A stretch of 64,000 nt of DNA, taken from NCBI RefSeq assembly GCF_001194135.2, contig NC_068981.1, forward strand, positions 158,289,423 through 158,353,422. The letters are read 5' to 3'. The translations under genes were made by a program, and so were the position numbers. Position 1 is the stretch's first letter, and each line of letters starts with the position of its first letter. Positions 1 through 13,149 of this stretch are shown in pieces. The DNA comes from Octopus bimaculoides (Eukaryota). The notes beneath the pieces were generated by a model. The model saw only the letters and a program-made list of their open reading frames with translations. It made no database searches and was not told the origin of the DNA.

Positions 1-1255
1 ACTTTCCCAAGGTGCTATGCAGTGGGACTGAACCTGGAACCATGTAGTTGGGAAGCAAACTTATTACCACACAGCCATGCTTGTGTGTGTGTCTGTGTGT
101 GTGTATGTATGCTTGCATGTGTATGTTGTCATCATGATCATCAAAATTTAACATCTATTTTCCCTGCTGGCATAGGTTGGGCTGCTTGACAAGAACTGGC
201 AAGGCCAAGGGCCGCTCCAGGTTACATAGTCTGTTTTGACTCGCTTGCTATGGCTGGATGCCCTTCCTAACGCCAACCACTATACAGAGTATACTGGGTG
301 CTTATTCATACATTTATGTAAGTATGCTTGCATATGAGTGAGGAGATGTATTGTTTGATATGTGCATAAAAGTGGATATATGGTCGTGTATGTGAATGTA
401 TGGGTCCTCATGCATGTATGTGTGTGTGTGCTCAAACATACCTATTTATTGATATAGATAGATAGATAGATAGATATTTACAATTTAAATATAGGATAAA
501 ATCTTTATAAGATTTTATCAAGTAGTCAGTGTGAAAAACCTCATATGATCTGTGCCTAAATCTGTTTTTAAGGAGCTCGCTTCAAGAGTTGCATTCCCTC
601 GCATTCGGTACAATGTGTTTATTATGGTAGTTTTGATTTTAAGAGTCCCTCGTAGCATGAGGCATTCATGTATAGTAATGCCCTTAATATAAATAGATAG
701 ATAGATAGACGGACAGAGAGTGACAAACATATTTTTACAAGAAAATGGTTAATGGTTTCATTTAAGTCTCTGCTTTGTAGCCTTAGTCAGGCTGTCAATT
801 TTTTTTTTACTTAATATGATACTCCGCTGAAACATATTGAGTAATCCTTCAATTTAATGTTTGACTTATTTTATATATAAGCTTATAAAGCTTAGCCATT
901 ACTCACAAGCAAGTGATAGCCTTATATATAAAAAAATCTGGTCACTTGTATCATGCTGTCATTAATTGTTATGATATTATAAGGGCCATATAGTTACAAG
1001 CAGACATAGGCACCCTCTTAGCCTTCTGAGTCTTGACTTAGCATAACATTGAGTGCGATACAGCTGAAAGGAGAGAAGACTGTGCTAGCAATTGGCCAAT
1101 ACTCAATTGAGTAGACTGGATCAACATGAAATAATGTCTTGCTCCATGATACAGCATGCTACCTGGTCATGGAATCAAAACCTAAACTTTATTATCATGA
1201 GCCTAACCACTAGGCTCTGTGCCTTCACATTTTTATGTGTGTGTGTGTGTGTGTG

Positions 1256-1512
1256 AAGGCATGTGGCCTAGTAGTTAGGCTGTTGCGCTCACAATCACTA
1301 GATTGTGGGTTCAATTCCCTGACTGGGTGACGAGTTGTGTTCTTGAGCAAAACTCTTCATTTCACATTGCTCCAGGCTCCCTTCAATCAGTGGAGCATGT
1401 TGGCCTGCTTGCCTAGCTAGTGGGGTGCATCAATTGAAGGCTAAAACAATGCAAAAAGTGCATTGTGACCGGCGATGTGTAACAACATCTGATAGCCTGG
1501 TCAGTCATGTGA

Positions 1513-1515
<3 letters not shown>
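1256..1515 (+). mobile_element. tRNA-derived SINE family C
   Basis: A box TGGCCTAGTAGTTAGG, B box GGGTTCAATTCC, core GTGTTCTTGAGCAAAAC. Confidence 0.8.
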
Positions 1516-1553
<38 letters not shown>

Positions 1554-1938
1554 TGTGGCACTCCATCAGTTACGACGATGAGGGTTCCAGTTGATCTGAT
1601 CAACGGAAAAGTGTGCTATTGAAATTAACATGCAAGTGACTAAGCACTCTGCAGACACATGTACCCTTAACATAGTTCTCGGGGAGATTCAGTGTGACAC
1701 AGAATGTGACAAGGCTGGCCCTTTGAAATACAGGTACAACAGAAACAGGAAGAAAAATTGAGAGAAAGTTGTGGTGAAAGAATACAGTAGGGTTCACCAC
1801 CACCCCGCTGCCGGAGCGTTGTGGAGCTTTAGGTGTTTTCACTCAATAAACACTCACAACACGCGGTCTGGAAATCAAAACCACGATCCTATGACTGCAA
1901 GTCTGCTGCCCTAACCACTGGAGCCATTGCACCTCCAC
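1554..1938 (-). mobile_element. tRNA-derived SINE family D
   Basis: Minus-strand head GTGGAGGTGCAATGGCTCCAGTGGTTAGGGC. Its central domain recurs at 22060-22190 and 22570-22800. Confidence 0.78.
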
Positions 1939-1942
1939 TATA

Positions 1943-1984
<42 letters not shown>

Positions 1985-1994
1985 GTATGTATAT

Positions 1995-2292
1995 CACTAT
2001 TGACCAGACTATCTGATGTTGTTATACACCACTGCTCACAATGCCATTCTTCACATTGTTGTAGTTTTTGAATGATGCCACCTCCCACCCCACTGGTTGG
2101 GCATGCAGGCCAACATTCCCCTTAAATGGGATGTCAGTCTGTTGCAGGGATACCCATTTACTAATGAATGGACTGCAGCATTGTGAAATGAAGTGTTTTG
2201 CTCAAGATCACAATGTACTTCCAGTTTGGGAGTCAAAACCACAATTTTGTGATCATGTGTGTGACACCCTAATCTCTAGGTCGCATGCTTTC
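1995..2292 (-). mobile_element. SINE family C, inverted relative to 1256-1515
   Basis: Reverse-complement match of tail (gaccagactatctgatgttgtta), core and head. Confidence 0.75.
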
Positions 2293-3404
2293 ACATATAA
2301 AGGCAAATATTAATATATATGCGTATTTATCTATGTATGCACATAGATGTTTATAGGTGCTTGCATATGTATGCATGTTTGTGAATAAATACATACAGAT
2401 GTGGATAGATTGTTTATATAAGAATATAAGAAAGCTCTCAGCTATAGAACTGTAACCTATGTAGATACAATAGGTTACTAAAATAAGTAACAAGCATGTA
2501 CATGTGCACACAGACACATACATCTATCGTCACATGCATGTGCACACACACACACACACACACACACACCTACATACATAGGCAATGACAAAACAAGACA
2601 GAAAATCTCAATAACGTACATTCTTACCTTCAGCATCATACACACACTCTCATTCACGCACATTCCCCACAAGTATAAATATAAATTAACATTTAACAGA
2701 TCCAGTTTGAATTAATGTGTTAGCGTTAGAGCTATGAGAGTATGTCATTCGTGAGGTTCCAAATGGCAACAAAAGGACTTTAACAAACCAACTGACTGAC
2801 CAGTTGATCTCATGATTAATCAAGCCATCATTTAATTAATTGGTTTATCAGTGAACTAGTTGACTTTTAATCATTAAAAGAAGTGAAATAGAACCACCAG
2901 TGTCACTGTTTTTAATAGCAAAATGACCTTATAAAGATAACATATCTATTTCAACAAATGATTTCACATCAAGGATCTTGTGAAATAACACAAAAATTAA
3001 ATATATGTCTTGTATATCACTCTGTGTAAAAACCAGTATAATTGGAACACAACTATGGATTCACAACATAGAATGGTGATGAACTATAATCTCAGACACT
3101 GCCTCAATAATCCACTGTTCTTTACTAATCTAAACAATATTGTTAGCTTGATGTACTAACAGAAAGCTTATAAAGTATTTTGCTTGGATTGATAATCCTT
3201 CATTAATAACTCAAAAATTGAATGTGTGTTTGTGTAGAAAAGTAACACACGAGTTGATATGTATAAGGAAAATAAGACAAGATAGAAAATGCTAAAATAG
3301 TTTTATCATGAAGTAATAAAATAATTTTAAGACTGAAACCGGTACTAATCTGTACTTCATGATAAAATTATTTTAGCATTTTCTACCTTGTCTTATTTTC
3401 TTTA

Positions 3405-3786
3405 AATTCTTTTACTTGTTTCAGTCATTTGACTGTGGCCATGCTGGAGCACCACCTTTAGTCAAACAAATGAACCCCAGGACTTATTCTTTGTAAGCCT
3501 AGTACTTATTCTATTGGTCTCTTTTGCCAAACTGTTAAGTTATGGGGATGTAAACACTCCAACATCGGTTGTCAAGCGATGGTGGAGGGACAAACACAGA
3601 CACACAAACATATAGACACACACACACACATATATATATGTATATGACAGGTTTCATTCAGTATCCGTCTACCAAATCCACTCACAAGGCTTTGGTCGGC
3701 CCGAGGCTATAGTAGAAGACACTTGCCCAAGGTGCCACACAGTGGGACTGAATCCAGAACCATGTGGTTGGTAAGCAAGCTACTTA

Positions 3787-3790
<4 letters not shown>
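3405..3790 (-). mobile_element. SINE family A, near full length
   Basis: Reverse complement of 16790-17472. Confidence 0.88.
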
Positions 3791-3831
<41 letters not shown>

Positions 3832-4539
3832 ATGATATGATATGATTTGAACTTCAGGTTTTGTCCTCAAGGGCTTATTCAAACACTGAAATTGTAAAAA
3901 AAAAATGGCTCACCTTATTACCAAACATCAGACAATTTTTCACAAAAAGTAGGTGTTAACTAAAGAAGGAAGAAGTTCTGGTTACTAGTCAACAAAATTG
4001 GTACTGTGGTTGGAAATCATGGAAAAGAAGACAGATTAAGAGTCAAAGGTACAAAAAAAAACAGAGGGAGGAACATACTTACAAGGATTAGGGGGTGGGC
4101 ATAAACAGGAAAAACAAAGGGTGATACTTTATTATTAGTGAAATGGGGGAGTAGGATGCTGTGGTCAGTATGTAGGGAGGCAAATAAAATATGAAGAATC
4201 TTCAGAAAAACTGATGTTATTTGAGATAAGAAATAGTGATTTAAGGAACACTTTTAAAGGAAATCTGGTTTGTAGATCTATACAACAGACACGCATGCAC
4301 CCACACACACAGACATACACATATTTCAGCTCATTATAGTGTTCTTATGGGTCATGTATCACATACAGAAAATTGTAATTCTGGAAGTACAAGCTCAATA
4401 TTTTAGGTGGTTCTTTTGACTCAGACCATCAGTAGTAGCTAGTGGAAGTTAGTTGAATGTTGAGCGCTGTATCAGTCCCCAACTCTGCATCTCCTACTTA
4501 TCATTCTAGTCATATCAAATGCAGGATTATGTACTATAA

Positions 4540-4577
<38 letters not shown>

Positions 4578-5281
4578 ATAAATATACAGGGATTAGCATT
4601 GAGTTGCTTCTCCAACATACTGAAAATTTAGAAATAGCAGTCAAAGAACTACTGATTCTAAACTACAAATTTTTCTCTAAAAGAGATAAATGGTTTTACC
4701 GATAAAGGTTTTTTCATACTGAACTACTTGGCAAAATTGTTAATTATTAATTCTATTATTAATTGATGATTCCCTGCCCTTATTCTTGTATNNNNNNNNN
4801 NNNNNNNNNNNNNNNNNNNNNNNNNNNNNNNNNNNNNNNNNNNNNNNNNNNNNNNNNNNNNNNNNNNNNNNNNNNNNNNNNNNNNNNNNNNNNNNNNNNN
4901 NNNNNNNNNNNNNNNNNNNNNNNNNNNNNNNNNNNNNNNNNNNNNNNNNNNNNNNNNNNNNNNNNNNNNNNNNNNNNNNNNNNNNNNNNNNNNNNNNNNN
5001 NNNNNNNNNNNNNNNNNNNNNNNNNNNNNNNNNNNNNNNNNNNNNNNNNNNNNNNNNNNNNNNNNNNNNNNNNNNNNNNNNNNNNNNNNNNNNNNNNNNN
5101 NNNNNNNNNNNNNNNNNNNNNNNNNNNNNNNNNNNNNNNNNNNNNNNNNNNNNNNNNNNNNNNNNNNNNNNNNNNTAAGATTAACAGCAGAACATTTAGT
5201 GATTATGTGACACTATACTTGAGAGGAGAGTCAAATTTATCGTGAAGTCCCAGGTAATTTGATCTTTAGTGTGTGTGTGTA

Positions 5282-5325
<44 letters not shown>

Positions 5326-6240
5326 TGTGTGTGTGTGTGTAAGTGTACATGTGTATAATCATCAACATCAGTGTCCACCTTTCCATGCTTGCATGCATTA
5401 GATGAAATTTGTTGAGCATATTTTCTGTGGCTAGCTGCCCTTCCTGTCACCAGCTGTCACTTATAGTTAGGTAATATTTCCCATTCCAAGGCATATTTTC
5501 CATAGAAGACTGGAAACAAACAACATCATTGCTTGTAAGATGATGATATTCTGTTATAACCAACATATGTGAAGACAAAAATACACTCAAACACACACAC
5601 ACACACACACCCACATGATGGGCTTCTGTCAGTTTCTGTCTACTAAATCTACTCGCAAGGCTTTGGCTGGCCTGAGACTATAGTAGAAAGCAACTTACCC
5701 AAGGTATTGTGCAGTGAACCTGAACCTAAAACCACATGGTTGGGAAACAAGCTTCTCTACCACACAGCCATGCTGGCATCTGATAGCCAATATCTTTGGA
5801 TGAGCTTAATACAGAAAACATCAGGGTTAAATACCCTGATGAAATTATTATATATCAAGACACTTTTGCCTGTTCCTTTATCTTGCTTTAACTTCTCAAT
5901 ACCTGGCACAAAGCCACTTCCCCATCTACTACATTCCCACTCAGTTGAGATGACTTTTTTCTTTGTTCTGCAAGTTACTTAGCAGCTTCACTAGTGCTGG
6001 TGCCATGGAAAAAGTTCCCAGTATTCTCTGAAAACTGATTAGTATTAGGAAAAGCATGCCAAAGCAGACATTGGAGCTCAGTGCAGTCCTCTGTTTTGTT
6101 GGATCCTCTCAAACTGTCTTATTTGTGCCAGCATGGAAAACTAGCATTAAAGATGATGGTTATGGTGGTGATGCTGGTGGTGGCAGCAGTGATTTATTTA
6201 TTTACAAAATTCTACTGTAATTACTAATTTCCATTATTTT

Positions 6241-6260
6241 TCTCTCTTTTCTCTTTTCAG
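6241..6260 (+). promoter_or_regulatory. Splice acceptor (polypyrimidine tract + AG) of the Kelch coding exon
   Basis: tctctcttttctcttttcAG at 6241-6260. The frame from 6261 (SASPEDSIYNSKNLNINNIPA) is open and in frame with the ATG at 6324. Confidence 0.75.
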
Positions 6261-6323
6261 TCAGCCTCTCCGGAAGATTCCATTTACAACAGCAAAAACT
6301 TAAACATAAATAATATACCAGCA

Positions 6324-8048
6324 ATGGATTGTATGAAGATTTCTCAAAACAAAATCAAATATATAAATAAAAACTACCAGAAGTTTCCGCACAAGATCTA
6401 TGATTCAAAATGTGATATCAAGTTGTCTGTTGGCGGGACAAGTTTCCGAGTGCATAAACAAGTTCTTTCTGAAGCCAGCGATTACTTTTCGGCTATGTTC
6501 CACCATGATATGAAGGAAAAAGAACAAGATGCTATTGAAATTAAAGATATCAGTCCCAAGGGATTTTCTGCAATCTTAGACTACTTCTACCATGGTAATA
6601 TTACAATTAGTCCGGAAAACATTGAAGATGTCTTAGAAGTAGCCCGATTCTTCCAAGCTGACTGGATTGTTGATGTGTGCTGCAACTTCCTGGTAGAATA
6701 CATGAGTTTAGAAAATTATACCTATGTGCAAAACCTAGCAGATAAATTTGCTCTTGGAGACTTACAACCTGATATTCTTCAAGTACTTGCTTTAAGTATT
6801 AATGAGTTAGTAGAACAGCCCAAGTTCATACAGAATCTTCCGGAAAACCTCCTCTTAGCATTTCTTCAATGTGATATATATGTGGAAGCTCATGAACATT
6901 TCCTTTTTAAACTTATCCTTGATTGGGTTGATGAAGATCCTTGCACTCGCAAACCTTCTCTGTTGCCACTTCTTAAAGAAATACGATTTTCGCTTATGGA
7001 GCTTGAAGAACTAGAATCAATTCCTGATTTAGTGCACGAGCTTGAAGAAATTCACAACGAGGTAGAATTTGCAAAGAATTATGCCTTATGCATCCAAGCA
7101 CAATGTCTTCAGAATGATGATAAGTTTCTTCCAAGAGGAGCACACAGTGTATTGACCATGATTTTCTTTCCGGATGACATGTGCACAAACATTGCATACA
7201 AAGATCCAGATAACCCTGGACTTTGTGTTGAAGAATTAGATTCTCCTCTGCACATTCGGTATGAGCATACAAGAGAAACAGTGCTTGGAAACTTTTTGTT
7301 TGTTGCTGGAGGTTATACTACCAATTATTGCAGTTCAAATTGTGTGTTTATGTATGACCCTCGCTTTAGAACTTGGACTGAAATTGCTTCAATGCAAAAC
7401 CCTCGAGTTTCTTTTGCAATGTGCAGCTCTGACCACAATCTGTTTGTTTTGGGTGGCATCAACCATATGTTTGTAGACAACAACGAAGTGGAAGTTATTC
7501 TCCAAAACTGTGAGATGTATTTCCCTGAAGAAAATGTTTGGGTGGCTATTCCTGACTTACCTCTCGGTATATTTGATCATGCCAGTGCCTTTGCTAATGA
7601 CTGTTTGTACTGTAGTGGTGGCATTACAGATAATCCTGAAAATACAGTACCTGTTTCATTTTTGTATGTCTACAGTTTCAGTACAAAAACCTGGGAAACA
7701 AAAGCAGAAATGCTTTACCCTCATCAAAGGCATTGCATGATGGCTATCGACAACAAGTTATTTGTATTAGGTGGTTACACCCGAGATAATGAAATCGGTT
7801 TTAAAGATTGTTTAACAAATGAATGTTATGATGCTGAAACTAACCAATGGACTGAGATTATTAGCACACCATTGGAATATGGCCTTCTTCAGTCACATGC
7901 AACACAACTTGAAAATAAAATCTATATTATAGGTGGTGAAAAAACAAATCTTTATGCCTATGACATTGAAAAAAATACATTTGAGGAACTGGAATTACTT
8001 GATCCTAAGATTCAACGAGTTTCTTGTCTTGATGTAGCTTATCCATAA
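6324..8048 (+). CDS. Kelch-like (BTB-BACK-Kelch) protein, putative Cul3 substrate adaptor; coding region uninterrupted in this exon
   Basis: 574-aa intact ORF. BTB (CDIKLSVGGTSFRVHKQVLSEASDYFSAMF...ILDYFYHG), BACK (LLLAFLQCD...EHFLFKLILDWV...LLKEIRFSLM) and five GG kelch motifs (FVAGG, FVLGG, YCSGG, FVLGG, YIIGG) with downstream Y/W residues. The exact KLHL paralog cannot be assigned by eye. Confidence 0.95.
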   Translation: MDCMKISQNKIKYINKNYQKFPHKIYDSKCDIKLSVGGTSFRVHKQVLSEASDYFSAMFHHDMKEKEQDAIEIKDISPKGFSAILDYFYHGNITISPENIEDVLEVARFFQADWIVDVCCNFLVEYMSLENYTYVQNLADKFALGDLQPDILQVLALSINELVEQPKFIQNLPENLLLAFLQCDIYVEAHEHFLFKLILDWVDEDPCTRKPSLLPLLKEIRFSLMELEELESIPDLVHELEEIHNEVEFAKNYALCIQAQCLQNDDKFLPRGAHSVLTMIFFPDDMCTNIAYKDPDNPGLCVEELDSPLHIRYEHTRETVLGNFLFVAGGYTTNYCSSNCVFMYDPRFRTWTEIASMQNPRVSFAMCSSDHNLFVLGGINHMFVDNNEVEVILQNCEMYFPEENVWVAIPDLPLGIFDHASAFANDCLYCSGGITDNPENTVPVSFLYVYSFSTKTWETKAEMLYPHQRHCMMAIDNKLFVLGGYTRDNEIGFKDCLTNECYDAETNQWTEIISTPLEYGLLQSHATQLENKIYIIGGEKTNLYAYDIEKNTFEELELLDPKIQRVSCLDVAYP

Positions 8049-8390
8049 AGCATAAGAAACTGCTTATCTTGCAGTAAAAAAATTTTAATTCACAAGACTC
8101 TGATGTCAGTCAAAACTTTCAGCAAGATTAACTCCCTGAGGAAATGATTTAACATTAACAGATATCAATTTATGAGATAGTTTACTACTAATTTATTACT
8201 AACCAACTTCAGCTTAACATTAAAAAACTTTGCATTGTATGTGCTGTAGAGGTTAAATCCAAAACAAGTCACTTAGTTCTTGGTTGTAGCCTTTCCACAT
8301 CATGTATATTTCTTATATTCTTGAGAAAAAGCAAGAAAGTTGCAACATGCCAGTTTCTCCTCATAAATTTATACTTTTATGTCTGTAAGA

Positions 8391-8396
8391 AATAAA
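8391..8396 (+). terminator. Candidate polyadenylation signal of the Kelch gene
   Basis: AATAAA about 340 bp after the stop, in AT-rich sequence that precedes the first repeat at 8519. Confidence 0.4.
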
Positions 8397-8518
8397 TTTT
8401 AACAGATTCCAGTTGAGCAATATAAAGTTACATTTTGTCATTTTGCTTAAAATTTATATTTTAATATTTTTTTCCAGTGAACACTCATAATATATACTTA
8501 TATTATAATTATTTATCA

Positions 8519-10460
8519 TCATCATCGTTTAATGTCCACTTTCCATGCTGGCATGGGTTGGACGGTTTGACTGAGGACTGGCGAGCCAGGAAGCTGCACC
8601 AGGCTCCAATCTGATCTGGCAAGGTTTCTACAGCTGGACGCCCTTCCTAACACCAATCACTTCAAGAGTGGAGTGGGTGTTTTTACGTGTCACCAGCATG
8701 GGGGCCAGCCACACAGCACTGGCATCGACCACACTCGAATGGTACTTCTAAAGTGCCACTGGCACACTCAGGTGGCACTGGCATCGACTACACTCGAATG
8801 GTGCTTTTTATGTTCCACCGGCATGGGAACCAGTCAGGCAGCACTGGCATCGACCATGCTCGTATGGTGCTTTTTACATGCCACCAACACTGGTGCCAGT
8901 CAGGCAGTACTGGCATCAGCCACAACAATGATTTCACTTGACTCGACAGGTTTTCTCAAGCACATGTAGACCAACGATTGAAGGGTACTCTTAAATAGGC
9001 TGGTTTTGCAACACTGGCATAGGCCACAGCTACGATCTCACTTGGCTTACCAGGTCTTCTCAAGCACACCATATCTCCAAAGGTCTTGGTCGCTTGTCAT
9101 TGCTTCTGTGAGGCCCAACGTTCAAAGGTTGTGCTTTACCACCTCATCCCAGGTCTTCCTGGGTCTACCTTTTCCACAGGCTCCCTCTACTGTTAGGGTG
9201 TGACACTTCTTCCCACAGCTGTCCTCATCCATATGTAACACTCGACTGTACCCTTCTGGCTAAGTAAACCTGTCTTCTAGCTTCTCTTCTGGTTATCTAA
9301 TACAGTTCCCTGCTACCACCACTCTTCCAGTTCTTCCATACCTATTTCTTTTCCCTAATGAACCTATCAACTGAATTGTTCCACCACCCCATTACCTTAG
9401 GTTGAGGAGGCACTTTGCACTATTCACAGATCTGGTCAGTAGCCCAGAACAAGTTGTCCCATAGGAACCTCTAGTTATCTTCCACATTATGTAATGCTAT
9501 ATCCTCCTCTTTTTCATCAAAAACTTCAAGTAATACATTTCTAAATCTCTGTCCATTCACAGGATCCTTAAGTTTCCAGACCCTTTTCCATGCTGGTCAT
9601 CATCTGGGCAGCCATTTAGCCCTGAACCTGAAGTCACTAACCACTAACCTATGTTGTGGGATGTATTCTTCATCTGGGAAGGTTTTGGCATTTATAAGTA
9701 GCCATCTTTCCCATTTCCTGGCAAGAATATAGTCAATCTGGCTTGTGTGTCCACCAGACTGATAGGTGCACACGTGACTGGCAGGTTTCCTGAAGTTAGT
9801 ATTACAGATCATAAGATCATTTCCATCACAGAACTCCAGTAGCCTGGTTCCCTCCTCATTGCAGGAATCAAATCCATAGCTACAATGTACATCCATGGAA
9901 GCTCCCTGGATGTTGTCCAGCATGCCCATTGAAGTCACCAGCCACAAAGAAAAGGTCCCTATCACTTGTCGACGAGGTAGTCTGCAAGAGGGTGTCATAG
10001 AATCAGTCTTTCTGTTCATCAGGTAGTCTTGGCCGAGGGGCATATGCTGAGACAATGGTTGCTAATCCATGTTGCAGCTCTAATCTAAGCTTAAGTATTC
10101 TATAACAGACTCTGACTACCTCGATTACCTTATCAACCCATTTCTCCAATCCCATCAGTGTTTCATACCCAGAAAATCTTATACTTGTGTTCCTTGCCTG
10201 TGAGGAACCTAGCAGAACTTCCTCTCCACTTTACTTCTTGGATACAGCACAAATCTACACGTCTCCGTTCAAGCATCTCAACAATCTCACTAGACCTACC
10301 TTTCAGTGTGCCAACTCTGAGGGTGTGAAAAGTGTGGGCCCACGAGACCTGGGATGGAGGACAGCAGCATCATGCATCTGAAAAGAAAGCTCACATTTGG
10401 CAGACCTTGTAAACATACAATAGCCTTCAACCTGCATACACTACACCATCATTTTATGTG
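8519..10460 (-). mobile_element. RTE LINE family 1, internally deleted copy (APE endonuclease remnant, C-terminus, 3' UTR, (GAT)n tail)
   Basis: ORF 9600-10055 contains GFDSCNEEGTRLLEFC...NTNF...SQIDYIL...QHRLVVSDF. The sequence jumps from the post-APE linker to the C-terminus near 9240, so RT is missing. The 3' UTR is shared with other copies. Confidence 0.9.
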
Positions 10461-10677
10461 CTACATAATCACTACATCCCATAGGAGATAAACACTAGAT
10501 AGGGATGGGGGAGCATTCCATATAGTAAGCCATTGGAGGTGCTCAGGAGAAAGACGTCCAGTAGAGGTCAGAGGATAAATTAAATACCAGTGAAACACTT
10601 GGATCAATGTTATCAACTAGTCCCCTCCCTCCAGATTTCAGGCCTTGTGCCTTTAGTAGAAAGGATTATTATTATTA

Positions 10678-10715
10678 CTAGCAGAAAGACCACCCTCTGG
10701 GCAGTTTTCTGCTAG
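10678..10715 (-). mobile_element. Helitron-like 3' terminus inserted in a (TTA)n SINE tail
   Basis: Minus strand ...CTGCCCAGAGGGTGGTCTTTCTGCTAG|T: a small GC hairpin plus a CTAG end, with the same GCTAG terminus as 61820. The 5' end was not located. Confidence 0.45.
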
Positions 10716-13149
10716 CCCCTTGATAATATTTTCACATTTGATGTGTGTTTGTGTGCATGTGTGACTGATCCTGCCCATTTTAAACAAACTCTCTCTCTCT
10801 CAGTTAAAGACACACTCACTTAAAAAAGGTGCGAGAAAAAGTAAATAAAATTTACACTCCCTGTCTCACACATACAGCGACACACCTATCTCTCTCTCAG
10901 TCAATTACTAATGTTCAAAAGAATTATTCATCTGTTTCAGATTTTTTTATTGCACTTTTTTGCTGTGCATTGTTTCAAAAGTAACCAGAAGGTGGAGCAT
11001 TCCATTTTGCTGGCCTCTAGTAGAGCCAAATGATTTTAAAGAGAAAATGAAGAAGAAGAAGAAAGGATGGTAAGAGATGTATAGAGAGAGGTATGAGAAT
11101 GGGCGAGATCCACCCTGTCCTTGTGTTCACATATAACTTTCCTGTTATAGTTCAAAGTTCAAAAAAGAAAACAAATGCAAGCTGTAAGTTCAAAATGAAA
11201 AAGACATTAAACACAGTACCCACTGCTTCTACTATTACTTCTAACTAAGGTAGTAATAGCAACAACAATTGCAGTTATGTGTCCAGCTACATCATAAAAA
11301 CAACAATCTTATTGCCACAAATTGTGTGGACTCTCACACATGCACAAACACATATATGTATGACAGGCTCTTGCACAGTTTCTAGATACCAGATTCACTT
11401 ACAAAGCATTGGTGGACATGGGTCTATAATAGAAGACACTTACCAGAGGTGCCATGTTGTGGAACTGAACCCAGAACCATCTAGTTGTAAAGTGAACTTC
11501 TTAACTTCACAGCCACAACTGTACCTACAGTTTAATAACCATTACTACATCAGAAAGTGTTGTATTTTGATAGTTTTTCTGCGTTTTTTGTGCAGTATTT
11601 TTGTTGGAAGAAATTATAATATCTAACAATGCACATGTGTTTGTTTTCCAGTCCTTTATTATTATGTCTGGACAGTTTGCCTTGATATCTTTGTCAGTTT
11701 GGGCAAGCATGCATCAGATCATTGTAGCCGGGTTATTGTCGTGTACTGTGTGTGGATTACATCAACCCCAGTGCTCAACTGACCTTTTATTTTATCAACT
11801 CTGAAAAGATGAAAGGCAAAGCCCACCATGGCAGAATTTGAACTCACAACATAAAGCAGACTAAATACTGCTAAGCATTTTGCTTGGTACAGTAAGGATT
11901 CAGCCAGCTTGCCGCCTTTATTAGGTAGTCATTGTTGTACAGAGAGTTTACCACATGAGTGGTTCTATTGAATTGAAAGTGTCTTACTCAGCAAGTAGGC
12001 TGCCTTCTAGACACTTTCTTTCTCTCACCATGTGTCTTGTTATTGCTATAATGTCTATGATCATATTCTTCTTTGTCATATTATTGTATGTTTAAAATTT
12101 ACATTTGTTATATTGTTTGGATGACATAGTCTAAACTTCAAATTAAAAGATACCCAATGTACCTGTTGAACCTGTTAGGAAAAGCAGCCAACTCTAGAAC
12201 TGGATTAATGTAGTACCAGCTTGTAGCATGAATTAAGAAATACTTATAAATATTAATGCTCTTACTTACATAATAAGCTAGAATTTAAAAGTTACATGCT
12301 CTAGATTTAGTATGAGCAAATCTGTTGGCAGTGGGACTATCAGTTTCATAGGTAAGTTTATGTTCAATGTTCATTCCAGTGAGATTGGTCAACCATTTTG
12401 ACCCAAGATAGTCCTTAGTTCATTTTAAATCTTTTTCAGTTTTGAAAATGACTGCTTACAGTTGGTAATTACAGTTGGTAATTATGAGTGACAAAAAGAT
12501 GTGCAAGACTTCTAGCTTTGGAAACAAAGGTTGAAAGAATTGACAGTCATCAATTAATAAAACTCTAACTTTACAAGCTCTTGCTTGGAATCAATATGAA
12601 AATCAATGTTAGCTTTAAATTGTACAAATTCTTCACTGTAACTTTCTTACAAATCTCCTGGATCTGATTTGACACAATTTGGTGACATCTTTACAATATC
12701 TTCAGGTGTAAATGCCTTTAAATGATAAAGAACTCCAAAATAGAGCATTCATTGTTTTAGTAAACTTTCTGGTATTTGAGCAGGATAAAAGCAAATTATC
12801 ACACATAGCAAGAAGTGTTTAGCTTTAAAATTTCTGAGAAAGAATCTGAAATACAACAAGCGGGTCAAATGTGTTGGCACTATGCTTGCATTAAGAGTTT
12901 ATTACCAATATTCACTCTCTGATGGGTTTTTTTGTTTTTTTTTCTTATTTAATATTTTGTTCAGTGTTGTAAAAATTGAACCACATAGCTTGAATATATC
13001 TCTGTAAGAATTCTTTGATTACAAACCAACACTGATCATTTGATAATGTTATAATACTTGATTCCACAATATAACCACTATTCCTATTTCCAACTTCATT
13101 AACTTTTTAGCATTTGATTCGACCATGTCTAGCACAAATATTTTACCTG

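Noticed and set aside
12650-12716. Possible minus-strand exon AFTPEDIVKMSPNCVKSDPGD with AG/GT ends
   Set aside because: No recognisable homology and no phase-compatible partner exons found. Similar exon-like stretches (518-690, 4370-4500, 4605-4705, 14600-14810, 16513-16740) also failed to assemble into a gene. tBLASTx/RNA-seq is needed.
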